A DNA stretch of 64,000 bases from Candidatus Beckwithbacteria bacterium (GTDB lineage: Bacteria; Patescibacteriota; Microgenomatia; UBA1400; CG1-02-47-37): contig JAPLVF010000013.1 of the NCBI GenBank assembly GCA_026397255.1, positions 9,481-73,480 of the forward strand, in the 5' to 3' direction. Positions 25,081-34,905 of the stretch are shown one piece after another. The translations under genes were made by a program, and so were the position numbers. A model generated the notes under the pieces. The model saw nothing but the letters and a program-made list of their open reading frames with translations, was not told where the DNA came from and made no database searches. Numbering within the stretch: position 1 is the stretch's first letter; every line of letters begins with the position of its first letter.

Positions 25081-25767
25081 TTACCTTAATAATCTTAGCA
25101 CCAGGCGGAACAAAATGGCAAATACATTACCGGGCTTGACGCCTTTACTCAATGAATAATCAGTATAAATAACTTTTATCGGCACTTCGGTAAATTTCAG
25201 CTGATGGTATTTGATTTCCCGGAAAAATTCGTTGCTGACTTCCATCCGTTCGGTCTTTAATTCAATTAATTGAATCGCTTTCTTATTAAAGCCGCGAAAC
25301 CCGGATAAAGAATCCGTAGTGCTAACGCCGAAAAAAACTTTGGTTAATAAATTAAAGGCCTGATTGTTAATTTTTCTTAAAAACGGCATTTTGCCGATTT
25401 GACTTAGAAGACGGCTGCCGATAACCACATCGGCCTGGTGATTCAGTAGTGGATTTAATAGTTTAATTAAATCAGCCGGGTCGTGCTGGCCGTCCGAATC
25501 CATGGTGATGGCAAAGTCCGCGTTAATTTTTTCGGCATAGTTAAGACCGGTGGCTAAAGACGCACCTAAACCCCGGTTAATCACGTGAGTTAAAACCGTG
25601 ACGCCGGCAGTCTTGGCGACTGGAGCGGTTTTATCGGTCGAACCATCATTAACCACGCAAATTTCTGATTCGAGCGGAAAGGCAACCACGGTTTTTTTCA
25701 CTTCCCGTAAAACCTGATCAAGAACCTTGGCTTCATTTAAGGCAGGCAGAATAATTAAAAGTTTCAT
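25081..25767 (-). CDS. GT2, DPM synthase-like
   Basis: PALNE, NDGSTD, MDSDGQHDP, DSLSGFR. Confidence 0.9.
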   Translation of the reverse strand: MKLLIILPALNEAKVLDQVLREVKKTVVAFPLESEICVVNDGSTDKTAPVAKTAGVTVLTHVINRGLGASLATGLNYAEKINADFAITMDSDGQHDPADLIKLLNPLLNHQADVVIGSRLLSQIGKMPFLRKINNQAFNLLTKVFFGVSTTDSLSGFRGFNKKAIQLIELKTERMEVSNEFFREIKYHQLKFTEVPIKVIYTDYSLSKGVKPGNVFAILFRLVLRLLR

Positions 25768-26645
25768 AAACTTAATAAACCATCGGCTAATTTTACTTTT
25801 GGCTGCCAGTGAAGATTTTTGACGGCTAAATGGTTTGCCAAAACACTCCGGACAATATCCCGGCCGCGGGCCGGAACCAATTTGGCTTTCAGCTTAGTTT
25901 TACCATTCCCGCATAACTTTAATAATTGATTAATGGTCGTTTCCTGACCGGTGCTGATATTAAAAATCCCCGATTGGGAAAACGATAAAGCCCGAATCAT
26001 GGCGGTAACGACATCGGATACATGAATAAAATCCCGTGTCTGTTGACCATTGCCGTAGATTAGCGGCGTGATCCCACGTTGAATTTGATTTAAGAAAATT
26101 GGGACAACCCCGCCTTCGGCCGAACTGTTCTGAAACGGACCGTAAACATTAGCCAAACGGAAAATCACTGTCGGGAAAAATTTTTTAAATTGACGGCAAT
26201 AAAGCTCACCGGTCAACTTAGATAAACCATAAAGAGAAATTGGTTTTAACGCGGAAGTTTCCTGAATCGGAAAGTTCCGGACTTCACCATAAACCGCGGC
26301 TGAAGAAGTAAATATTAATTGTTTGACTTGAGCGGCTTTGGCCGCCTCTAAAACATTATAGGTACCGATAATATTATTATGGATAATTTTGTCCAGCGTG
26401 CCGCTGACGCGGCTTTCCGCAGCCAAATGATAAATTACTGCCGGTTTAATTTTTTGAATCGTGTCAACCAGTTTTGAATCAGCAATATCCTGCCGGATGA
26501 CGCTAATAGAACCGGGCAAGCGGTTAGAGCTGGGAGAAGAAAAATTATCAATTACAAAAATTTGATAATTTAAATTAGTTAACTTTTTCACCAGATGAGA
26601 GCCGATAAACCCCAAACCGCCGGTGACGATAATTTTTCTGGTCAT
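25764..26645 (-). CDS. NAD-dependent epimerase (UDP-hexose 4-epimerase-like)
   Basis: VTGGLGFIG, SSAAVYG, YGLSK, GQQTRDFIHV.D. Confidence 0.92.
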   Translation of the reverse strand: MTRKIIVTGGLGFIGSHLVKKLTNLNYQIFVIDNFSSPSSNRLPGSISVIRQDIADSKLVDTIQKIKPAVIYHLAAESRVSGTLDKIIHNNIIGTYNVLEAAKAAQVKQLIFTSSAAVYGEVRNFPIQETSALKPISLYGLSKLTGELYCRQFKKFFPTVIFRLANVYGPFQNSSAEGGVVPIFLNQIQRGITPLIYGNGQQTRDFIHVSDVVTAMIRALSFSQSGIFNISTGQETTINQLLKLCGNGKTKLKAKLVPARGRDIVRSVLANHLAVKNLHWQPKVKLADGLLSL

Positions 26646-27784
26646 GATATCCAGTACCCCCGGGAAAACCTAATAAACGCCCAGCTTAACAGCAGAACTG
26701 AGGCTATCAACCAAAGTATTTTCACTAATTTAGACTTAGTTGCCGCCACGAAATAAAACAAAGGGAAGGCGGTTAAGACATAACGCGGCATTGAGGCAAA
26801 ACTGCCGGTCAAAGTCGGCAGCAAATAGGCAGGAATAAGAAACAACAGATAACTTGTCCGGAATTTTTTCAATAAAGCAGAGATAATTAAAACCAGAAAA
26901 ATCAGGGAAATTAAAAATTCAAAAACCAGAACCGGGTAAATCTCATTTTGCGGACTGACCCCGAAAAACATTTTTAGGTAGCGAAAAATAACCTGATAAA
27001 TCATGACAAAAGTGTCTACCTGGCGGCCGGAACCAAAGCCCGGCTGCGCCGTGACAAAAATTAAGAAATTATGGAAACGGTGCTGTAAATAAGCCAAGTA
27101 CAAAAGTAAGCCGGAAGCGCTTAAAAAAGAGATTTTGAATAATGCCAGGAGATGATTTTTTTTATTTACCTGATAATACTCCCACAAAATCAGCGGCAGC
27201 AAAAAAATGCCGACCAAGCGGGTAGCCGAGGCCAGACCGGCAATTATGGCGGCAGGGATAAACCGCCGGGTCCGGGCTGAATAAAGGCAAAGAGCGACTA
27301 AAAAAAGGAACAAAGATTCAGTATAGACGCTGAAAAAGAAAAAGCTGGCCGGAAACAATAGCAATAGTAACAACGACCAACGGAGAGTTTTGACGGAATA
27401 ATCCAAGCGGCCCAGCTTAATAAAATAATAAATAAAACCAATCAGGCTTAAATGGGAAATAATCAGGCCGGAAAGCAAGTGGTTATGGGTAAGCAGGCTT
27501 AAAAATTTAATTAAATTTGGGTAGAGCGGAAAAAAGACCTGGGTTAAACCATAAAGATAACCTTCCTGGGCAATACTAAGGTAATGGACGCCGTCAAAAT
27601 TACCCCACAACCACAGCCAATCCGGCCCCTTGGGCTGCAAAAAAAGGTCCCAGTAAGGAAAACTACCCTTAAAGGGAACAAATTTTATCGCCAAACCGGC
27701 CACTAATTGTAAAAACAGACGGACGATTAAGGCTAAACCTAAAGCCTGGACAAATAATTTATTGTTGGTTAAGAATTTTTTCAT
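26642..27784 (-). CDS. GT-C mannosyltransferase-like (PIG-V/GT76-like)
   Basis: NFDGVHYLSIA..GY, FFPLYP, YTESLFL, SMPRY. Confidence 0.85.
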   Translation of the reverse strand: MKKFLTNNKLFVQALGLALIVRLFLQLVAGLAIKFVPFKGSFPYWDLFLQPKGPDWLWLWGNFDGVHYLSIAQEGYLYGLTQVFFPLYPNLIKFLSLLTHNHLLSGLIISHLSLIGFIYYFIKLGRLDYSVKTLRWSLLLLLLFPASFFFFSVYTESLFLFLVALCLYSARTRRFIPAAIIAGLASATRLVGIFLLPLILWEYYQVNKKNHLLALFKISFLSASGLLLYLAYLQHRFHNFLIFVTAQPGFGSGRQVDTFVMIYQVIFRYLKMFFGVSPQNEIYPVLVFEFLISLIFLVLIISALLKKFRTSYLLFLIPAYLLPTLTGSFASMPRYVLTAFPLFYFVAATKSKLVKILWLIASVLLLSWAFIRFSRGYWIS

Positions 27785-28784
27785 AAACTTTTAAGGTGGC
27801 GTGAGCAGTTGCAGCCCAAGAGAATTTAGCTGATTGAGTTAATCCTAACTGACGGTATTTTTCCCGTAAAGCGGAGTTTAGCCAAAAATTATTTAAGGCT
27901 TCGGCTAATTCAGATGGATTGGCAGGATTAATTAAAATTGCCGCCGAACCGCTGATCTCCGCCAAAGATGTGTCTTTAGAAGTAATTACCGGACAACCAC
28001 AGGCCATGGCTTCCAAAACCGGCAGGCCAAAGCCTTCGGCCAAACTGGGCTGACAATAAACTGTGGCTAAATTATAAACTGACACTAACTCATCTGTTTT
28101 AACAAAACCCAGGGTAATAATCTTATGGGGATTGGCTTTGGCTAATTCCTGAAATCTTACCAAGGCTTGGTTTTCCGGGTGATGCTTAGCAAAATCATGA
28201 CTGACAGCCTGTTGGCCGACTACCACTAAGGGAAAATTTAATTTAAGGCAAGTTTTGGCTAAAAATGGTAAATTTTTATTGAAATTAACATCACCAACAT
28301 AAAGAATAAATTTTCCCGGCAACCCAAAATTGTTGCTTGGTTTTATCGGCTTAAAAACCGGGTCGGGAGCTAAATAAACCACATTAACTTTGTCAGCGGA
28401 AATGCCGGTAAATTTGACAATGTCTTTTTTAGAAATTTGAGAGTCAGTGACAATTGCCGAGGCTGATCGTAATTGATTTTTTTGGATTAACCATCTGAGC
28501 TTGCCTTTAATTCCCGGTGGGAACTGGTCTGGAAATTTTAAGGGAGTTAAGTCATGAACCGTAATGACATAAGGGAAACGATTAATCAAAGGCAGGCTGA
28601 AATGGAAGGGATTAAAGCCCGGATAATGAACTAAATCAGCCAGCGAAGGCGCCTTTTTCTCAAATTTAATTAATTGAAGTGAAGGGATTTTTTCCAGTCC
28701 GGCGATTAAACGACGGGTATAAAAACCAATGCCCCGGAAGGAACTGGCAGAATTAAAACAACTGATATCAATGCCGATTTTCAT
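27759..28784 (-). CDS. Glycosyltransferase family 4 (MtfB-like)
   Basis: RGIG.Y, TVHDL.P, EGFGLPVLEAMACG. Confidence 0.92.
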   Translation of the reverse strand: MKIGIDISCFNSASSFRGIGFYTRRLIAGLEKIPSLQLIKFEKKAPSLADLVHYPGFNPFHFSLPLINRFPYVITVHDLTPLKFPDQFPPGIKGKLRWLIQKNQLRSASAIVTDSQISKKDIVKFTGISADKVNVVYLAPDPVFKPIKPSNNFGLPGKFILYVGDVNFNKNLPFLAKTCLKLNFPLVVVGQQAVSHDFAKHHPENQALVRFQELAKANPHKIITLGFVKTDELVSVYNLATVYCQPSLAEGFGLPVLEAMACGCPVITSKDTSLAEISGSAAILINPANPSELAEALNNFWLNSALREKYRQLGLTQSAKFSWAATAHATLKVYEKILNQQ

Positions 28785-29547
28785 GATTAAGCTCCCAAAA
28801 TTTAAGATAAATTACCGGAAAACGCAAAGCCGACATTAAAGAAAAAATAAAACCGGGCAGGCCATCGACAAAACCTTTATGGCGAAAGTAGGTAGAAAAA
28901 AACCAAACCTTAGGTTTAATAATAAAATACTGAAAACACAGCCAAAGGCTTGGTTTAAAATTCTCTTGTTTAAGTTTAGCGGCAGCCAAAGAGGTGTAGC
29001 GATTAAAGCGGGTGAGATAACGACTAAAATGGCGGTCAGAGTAATGAATGATAGGATTGGTAAGATAACCGACCGGACCGTCAATGATAATCTGCTCATG
29101 AACAGTTTCACAGGGAAAACTCCCCTTACCGTTAAGAAAAAGACGGATAATATAATCAGGATATTGGCCGCCTTTAGTTAAAAACCTGGTCAGAAAAAAA
29201 TTTTTTCTGGGAAGATAATAGCCATTAAATTGAGGGTGTGGTTGGTTGATTATTTTTTTAATTTCCCGAGCCAATTCCGGACTGACTCTTTCATCGGCAT
29301 CCAGCTGTAAAATCCATTTACCGCTAGCTTTATCCACTGCCAACTGTTTATTAATATGAAAAATCGGCTTATTGGTCACCTGAAAAACTTTGGCGGAAAA
29401 AGTTTTAGCAATCTCTCTGGTTTTATCCTGTGAACTACCGTCAACAATAATAATTTCGTCAGCTAAAGTTTTAACTGATAATAAGCAGTCTTTAATATTA
29501 GCCGCCTCGTTATAGGTGGCTAAAACTACACTAAGCGATATTTGCAT
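28768..29547 (-). CDS. GT2, beta-1,4-glucosyltransferase-like (start moved from 29601)
   Basis: TYNE..NI, LDADE, YPD...RLF, VHE, GFVDG. Confidence 0.88.
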   Translation of the reverse strand: MQISLSVVLATYNEAANIKDCLLSVKTLADEIIIVDGSSQDKTREIAKTFSAKVFQVTNKPIFHINKQLAVDKASGKWILQLDADERVSPELAREIKKIINQPHPQFNGYYLPRKNFFLTRFLTKGGQYPDYIIRLFLNGKGSFPCETVHEQIIIDGPVGYLTNPIIHYSDRHFSRYLTRFNRYTSLAAAKLKQENFKPSLWLCFQYFIIKPKVWFFSTYFRHKGFVDGLPGFIFSLMSALRFPVIYLKFWELNHENRH

Positions 29548-30197
29548 AATAAGTAAAACGCCTGCAGGCCGTCTACCCAGGTAATTTTTTTTCCTTCGCA
29601 AAATTCGCGGCCGGAATAAGAAATCGGCACTTCGTAAATTCGGATTCCCTGTTTTAAAATTTTACTGGTAACTTCCGGCTCAAAACCGAAACGGTTCTCT
29701 TTCAAATCCAGGGAAAGTAATAGTTTTTTAGGAAACAATTTATAGCCGACTTCCATGTCAGAAATAGTGGTGTTGTAAAAAAGATTTGTCAGAAAAGATA
29801 AAAATCTGTTTCCGGCTAAGTGCCAAAAAAGCATATTCCGATGCGGCCCCAAAAACCTAGAGCCATAAACAACTGCCGCCTGGTTATTTAAAACCGGGGT
29901 AAGTAATAACTTAATATCCTCCGGATCATATTCCAAGTCCGCATCCTGGATTAAGACATAGTCGCCGGTGACTTGTTTAAGGCCGGCCCGAATCGCTGCC
30001 CCTTTACCTTGATTTTTGGATAAATTAATCGTTTTAATTCCGGAAATTCCGGCAATAATTTTTTTGGTCGTATCAGTCGAACCATCGTTAACGACAATAA
30101 TTTCCGGGGAAATTTTGGTTAATTTCTTAACCTTAGTAATAATCTGACGAATTGTCCCGGCTTCGTTAAAACTGGGAATAATAACTGATAATTTCAT
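29526..30197 (-). CDS. GT2, DPM synthase-like
   Basis: NDGSTD, GKGAA, QDADLEYDP, FGFEPE, EGKKITW.DG. Confidence 0.92.
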   Translation of the reverse strand: MKLSVIIPSFNEAGTIRQIITKVKKLTKISPEIIVVNDGSTDTTKKIIAGISGIKTINLSKNQGKGAAIRAGLKQVTGDYVLIQDADLEYDPEDIKLLLTPVLNNQAAVVYGSRFLGPHRNMLFWHLAGNRFLSFLTNLFYNTTISDMEVGYKLFPKKLLLSLDLKENRFGFEPEVTSKILKQGIRIYEVPISYSGREFCEGKKITWVDGLQAFYLLCKYRLV

Positions 30198-30730
30198 AGA
30201 CGCTGTAAATCGGGTTTAGTGGCCGAATATAACCACTGTTTGCCGTCACTGCCGGCAAACTGCATTTGTTGGGTGGAAGGATAATAAGCTTTAAAAATTA
30301 AGTCTGTCTGATGATTTAGCTTTAATCTGATAAGCTGGATTAATTCCCCGCGCCCGTCGATAACGTAAAAAGTCGGCTCCGGCGCTTTGTCCTGATAACC
30401 GATTAAGTTCTTGTCCGAGTCAAAAAACTGAAGGGTTAAATCAGACAACCGTCCGTTAGGATCAATTTCCACCCGGGCCGGAATGGTTTTGTCTTTTAAC
30501 TTAAACTGGCAAAAATCCCGGCAGTCAACCTTAATCAATAAAGGATCAATTGAGGCAAGCGGTGTTCCTAATTCCGACGCCTCATATTTTAAACTAGTAA
30601 AAGCGTGAACAAACCGGCTAAGACTAATCCGCCGGTAGCCAGAATCGACAAAAACCTGATAAAATACAAGCAGTAGAAGCCAAAGCAAGGAAAGACAAAG
30701 AAATAACCAATGGCCAACAAGTTTATTCAT
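30194..30730 (-). CDS. Hypothetical membrane-anchored protein
   Basis: N-terminal TM helix; ATGA-coupled to 29526..30197. Confidence 0.7.
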   Translation of the reverse strand: MNKLVGHWLFLCLSLLWLLLLVFYQVFVDSGYRRISLSRFVHAFTSLKYEASELGTPLASIDPLLIKVDCRDFCQFKLKDKTIPARVEIDPNGRLSDLTLQFFDSDKNLIGYQDKAPEPTFYVIDGRGELIQLIRLKLNHQTDLIFKAYYPSTQQMQFAGSDGKQWLYSATKPDLQRL

Positions 30731-32086
30731 AAAATTATCCGATCCAAGAGAATTATATCATTAATTATCGTTTGGGCCCTGATAATTTTAGGGGTAACTT
30801 TAAGGGGATTTAAGGCCGATATTTATCCAACCGATAACAACGACGACGGCTTGTTTTATGCTTGGGCCGGAATTTCTTTCTGGGATAACCCACTTAGACC
30901 GATCACCCATTCAATTTTTGACAATAACAATCCGGCGCTTGTCTGGCGGTCACAATTTAGAGATTTTATTCCGTTAGAAAGATTTGGTCTGAAGCTGGTT
31001 GAGCCTTGGCTGGACCATCCGCCGTTAGGCGCGGCAATTATCGGCCTGCCGGCCCGATTATTGGGCTACCGGGGCTTTGAACCGATTCCCCAGATGATTG
31101 TCCGCTTGCCGGCCTTAATTGCCAGCATCTTTACTTTATTTTTAACTTATCTTTTAGGGAAAAAACTATTCGGGGAAAAAGTCGGACGATTGTCATTATT
31201 ATTTCTCGCTACCGTTCCTTATTATGTCATCAGTCAGCGGCAATCCTTCTTAGAAAATATTTTAACGCCGGTGGTTTTAGCCGCCTTAATTTTCTTACAC
31301 GAAAGCAAACTATTACCAGCGCTAATTTTGGCCTTCTTTTGCGGCTGGATTAAAGTGCCGGGTTTTGCCGTCCCTCTGATGATCGCTGTCTGGCTACTGC
31401 AGAAAAAACAACTAAAAGCGGCGATGGCTTTTGTCGGAACAGGAATTTTATCCGTAGTCACTTATCTTATTTACGGTTTTGCGGCCGACAGAAATGCGTT
31501 TTTATTTATTTTGACCAATCAAGCTGACCGAGGCGCTTTTGTTAATTCAGTCTTTGATGCAATTACTAAGCCTCATTTTTACGGCGGGTTTAACGACGGC
31601 TGGTATGTTTTAGGCTTTATCTTCAGTTTTTTAATGCTGACAAAATTTAAAAAAGAATCTTTTAAGTTTTTTAATTGGTTTTTAAGTATGTGGCTGTTGC
31701 TGCTTTTTTTAATTGCCGGCCGCTATAATAATTCGCCCTGGTACTGGTTTCCTTTGATTCCTTTTTTCTCCATTTCCTTAGGTTATTTTGCTAATCTTCT
31801 CTTAAAAAAACACCATTTGTTTTTGGTTTTACCTTTTTGGCTCTTAGGTTTAACCGGTTTTGATTTGTTAAAAATTAACCTCAACCCGAATTATTTGCGT
31901 TTGGCAACGATATTTTTCTTTATTCCATTTGGACTGAATTTAAAAAAAATTACTGTTTGGCTGACGCGATTATTGCTAATTGCTTTGGTTTGCCTAAATA
32001 TTTATGTAATCTTACGTTACCCGACGATTCACTGCCGGGAAGAAGAGTGCCTGGCGCCGACAAAAATAATTCTAAATTATGAATAA
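30710..32086 (+). CDS. GT-C (ArnT/PMT-like) membrane glycosyltransferase
   Basis: TM1 then DD, DHPPL, R.P, about 11 TM helices. Confidence 0.82.
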   Translation: MANKFIHKIIRSKRIISLIIVWALIILGVTLRGFKADIYPTDNNDDGLFYAWAGISFWDNPLRPITHSIFDNNNPALVWRSQFRDFIPLERFGLKLVEPWLDHPPLGAAIIGLPARLLGYRGFEPIPQMIVRLPALIASIFTLFLTYLLGKKLFGEKVGRLSLLFLATVPYYVISQRQSFLENILTPVVLAALIFLHESKLLPALILAFFCGWIKVPGFAVPLMIAVWLLQKKQLKAAMAFVGTGILSVVTYLIYGFAADRNAFLFILTNQADRGAFVNSVFDAITKPHFYGGFNDGWYVLGFIFSFLMLTKFKKESFKFFNWFLSMWLLLLFLIAGRYNNSPWYWFPLIPFFSISLGYFANLLLKKHHLFLVLPFWLLGLTGFDLLKINLNPNYLRLATIFFFIPFGLNLKKITVWLTRLLLIALVCLNIYVILRYPTIHCREEECLAPTKIILNYE

Positions 32087-33557
32087 GCAAAGAATTTTTC
32101 ATTTGGTGGTTTTGGGAATAGTTATGCTGGTGTCTTTCCGGATTGCCCAAGCAAGAAGCCTATCAATGCATTTCGTGGATGAAGAAGATCATATGACGAT
32201 TGGTCGACTGACCAACAGAGGATTCAAACTTTACCAGGATATCCAGTCAAACCATCAACCGATTGTCTATTTTACTTCGGCTAAACTGCAACAATTACTT
32301 AATCCGCCGAATATTTTTATGCTGGTCCGCCGCCACCGGCAGGCAATGTTTGTTTACGGAGCAATCTGGAGTTTACTGATTGTCTGGCGTTTTAAAACCG
32401 TCGGTTTAATTTTCGTAATCTTTTTTGAATTTTTAAAGTATTATCTCTTCGGCAATCTTTGGTTAATGGAGGCGTTTGCCGCATATCCGGCAGTGTATTT
32501 ATTCGGAACAATGCTGCAGGTTTGGTTTAAAAATCAAAATATTAAAAAATCCGAACTTGTCTTTTTAGGCATATGTTCGTTTTTAGTTTTGTTTAATTTG
32601 GTGCCTTTGTGGCCATGCTTAGCTTTTATGTGGCTGCTCTTTTTATTAAAAATTAAAAAGAAAATTTTTTGGATGGTAGCGGCATTATTAACATCAACGC
32701 TAATTTTTTTCACACTGTCCCGGTATTCCGTCGCTGATTGGTTTATCAGAACAGTCTATAACAACTTTGTTTATGCCGTCCCGACCATGTCACCATTGCA
32801 TGGACCCGGTGACTGGTTAAAAATGATTTTTTTCCCGTTTTTGGCCTACTTTACCCCCAACTCTTTGCAGGCGCAATTTATTAGTTTATTTTTCAGCGTC
32901 TATCTGTTGGCCGTGGTCTTTAAACGAAAATTGTTAATAATTTACCCCTTACTGCTTCTGGCTAATAACCGGGTACTATCGCCCGGCACGGTTTATTATG
33001 AAGGTTTTCATTTACTCCCCTGGCTGGGATTAATGATTTTTACTTTCAGTTTCTGCTTAAAAACAATTAAATTTAAATTTTGGCCGGTTTGGTTAATTTG
33101 GGCGATGATTTTACTGACTAATAAAAACATGGCCTATTTTTGGAAAACTGACCCAAATTATGAATACTATGTAAATTATTCCACTTTTGACGATTTAAAT
33201 TTTGCCATAAAAATAATCAACCAGGAAGGCCAAAAAATGGCGGTTTCTGTTTTAACTAATGAGGTTTTAGTCCAATGGAAAACTTTAACCAGCCCAGCGA
33301 CTAAACAAGTGGTTAGTTACGCCTGGGAGCGGAAAATTCCGGCATTAAAAGAAGAGTATAGTCGGGTTTTTAATATCAATAATCCTAATCCGCCGGAATT
33401 TATTTACGGCGAAATGGAACGTGAGTTAGTTCAAGCTAAATACCATTCTCTTTCCCGGGACGGAAAATCGACGGGATTATTTATCAGAAAAGATATTTAT
33501 GGAAAAATTACTCCTGAGCAATGGGAAGCGTTAGCGACCAGAAGATTTAGTCGCTGA
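32079..33557 (+). CDS. GT-C-like membrane protein
   Basis: TM1 then FVDEED, LYQDI..NHQP, many TM helices. Confidence 0.78.
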   Translation: MNKQRIFHLVVLGIVMLVSFRIAQARSLSMHFVDEEDHMTIGRLTNRGFKLYQDIQSNHQPIVYFTSAKLQQLLNPPNIFMLVRRHRQAMFVYGAIWSLLIVWRFKTVGLIFVIFFEFLKYYLFGNLWLMEAFAAYPAVYLFGTMLQVWFKNQNIKKSELVFLGICSFLVLFNLVPLWPCLAFMWLLFLLKIKKKIFWMVAALLTSTLIFFTLSRYSVADWFIRTVYNNFVYAVPTMSPLHGPGDWLKMIFFPFLAYFTPNSLQAQFISLFFSVYLLAVVFKRKLLIIYPLLLLANNRVLSPGTVYYEGFHLLPWLGLMIFTFSFCLKTIKFKFWPVWLIWAMILLTNKNMAYFWKTDPNYEYYVNYSTFDDLNFAIKIINQEGQKMAVSVLTNEVLVQWKTLTSPATKQVVSYAWERKIPALKEEYSRVFNINNPNPPEFIYGEMERELVQAKYHSLSRDGKSTGLFIRKDIYGKITPEQWEALATRRFSR

Positions 33558-34905
33558 TGGTGACATTGGCAAACTGATAGGCATTAGTCAGGCCGGCGGT
33601 ATCCGGAGGAGTCCAGAGTGCAGTCTGCTGAAATAAGACCGGATCAATCTTTAAATATATTAACGGGTAAAGATAGGTAGAATCATGAACTCCGGATAAA
33701 TTTATTGGCTCAGAATCTTCAGAATTTTTAGTTAATTTTAATAAATTTTCTTTTAAGCCAATCGGCAGACTGGAGGTAACTTTAACAGGATAAACTTGGA
33801 GATATTGATAGCCGGCATAAGCAACATTAATAAAATAGATTACAGCAATTATGGGTAAGAATTTTTTAATTTTAGTTAGTCCGACAGAAGCTAAAATTAA
33901 GATAATCGGCAATAAAAATAATGCCCGGGTGGAATGAGGCGCATCAATCGTTATTGCCGAGGTTAGGGGGGCTAACAGCAACCAGCTGATAAATAATAAT
34001 TTAGGCTTGGTTAATTTAAGCAAGCCGATAACCGCTAAAATAATTTCGATGGCGTAGAAATTGCCCACTCCGGGAATTTGATGCCACGGATGATTGTCTC
34101 CTTTAAAAATTAAAAATTGAGGGGAAAAAGTGTTTAAATAATTCCTGGCAGTTATTTTACCGAAATAAATATATTTATTGAAAAATAATTTGGTTTTCAG
34201 AGGATTTTGTTGATATTGAATTGTCCGCTCGCGATTATAGGTGTCGATTAAATAAGGATCGGAAAAAACCGTAATTGCCTGCTTTTGCTGGGAAACCCGC
34301 CAGATACCGGCAAAAACTCCTAGGAAACAACAAATAAACAAAACAGAGGCAATTATTCCCGGACGGTAACGCCAAAAGAAAACCAGGGAAAACAAGGGGA
34401 TAAAAATTAATGCCGAAGAATAAGCCAGACAGGCTAACAGCCAAAAGAAAAAGCCAAGGGTTTTTTTCTTTAATAACAGCCAAAGACCGACGAGAAATAA
34501 GGCCAAAGCTAAGTTTGCCTCAAAAGCAATCCGGGAATAAAAAACTGCCCAGGGATTTAATGCCAAAAAGAAACTGGCCCATATATTTTTTGAGATAAAG
34601 TAAATAGCGATAACACTAATTACTCCGGAAAGAGCTGACCAGAAACGGATGGAAAAATCATTAAGGCCGAAAAGTTTAACCGGTAAAACCGTGGCATAGA
34701 TATATAAAGGCATTTTATAATCACCGATAGATTTAAAAGCTAGCGGCCAAGAGACACCATGTTCGTCTTTCCCGGTTTTTAAAATCGAGTAGGCATTATA
34801 ACCAATGGCGGCTTCATCACGGTTTAATGCCGGCGGCAAACTATCCAAGCCGGCAAACCGGATTAAGGCAGCCATTAAAACTATTACTAAAAAGAATTTA
34901 GACAA
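33547..34905 (-). CDS. GT-C (ArnT/PMT-like), TGKD-GDYK subfamily
   Basis: DEAAIGYNAYSILKTGKDE.G..WP..F.S.GDYK.P. Confidence 0.87.
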   Translation of the reverse strand: MSKFFLVIVLMAALIRFAGLDSLPPALNRDEAAIGYNAYSILKTGKDEHGVSWPLAFKSIGDYKMPLYIYATVLPVKLFGLNDFSIRFWSALSGVISVIAIYFISKNIWASFFLALNPWAVFYSRIAFEANLALALFLVGLWLLLKKKTLGFFFWLLACLAYSSALIFIPLFSLVFFWRYRPGIIASVLFICCFLGVFAGIWRVSQQKQAITVFSDPYLIDTYNRERTIQYQQNPLKTKLFFNKYIYFGKITARNYLNTFSPQFLIFKGDNHPWHQIPGVGNFYAIEIILAVIGLLKLTKPKLLFISWLLLAPLTSAITIDAPHSTRALFLLPIILILASVGLTKIKKFLPIIAVIYFINVAYAGYQYLQVYPVKVTSSLPIGLKENLLKLTKNSEDSEPINLSGVHDSTYLYPLIYLKIDPVLFQQTALWTPPDTAGLTNAYQFANVTISD

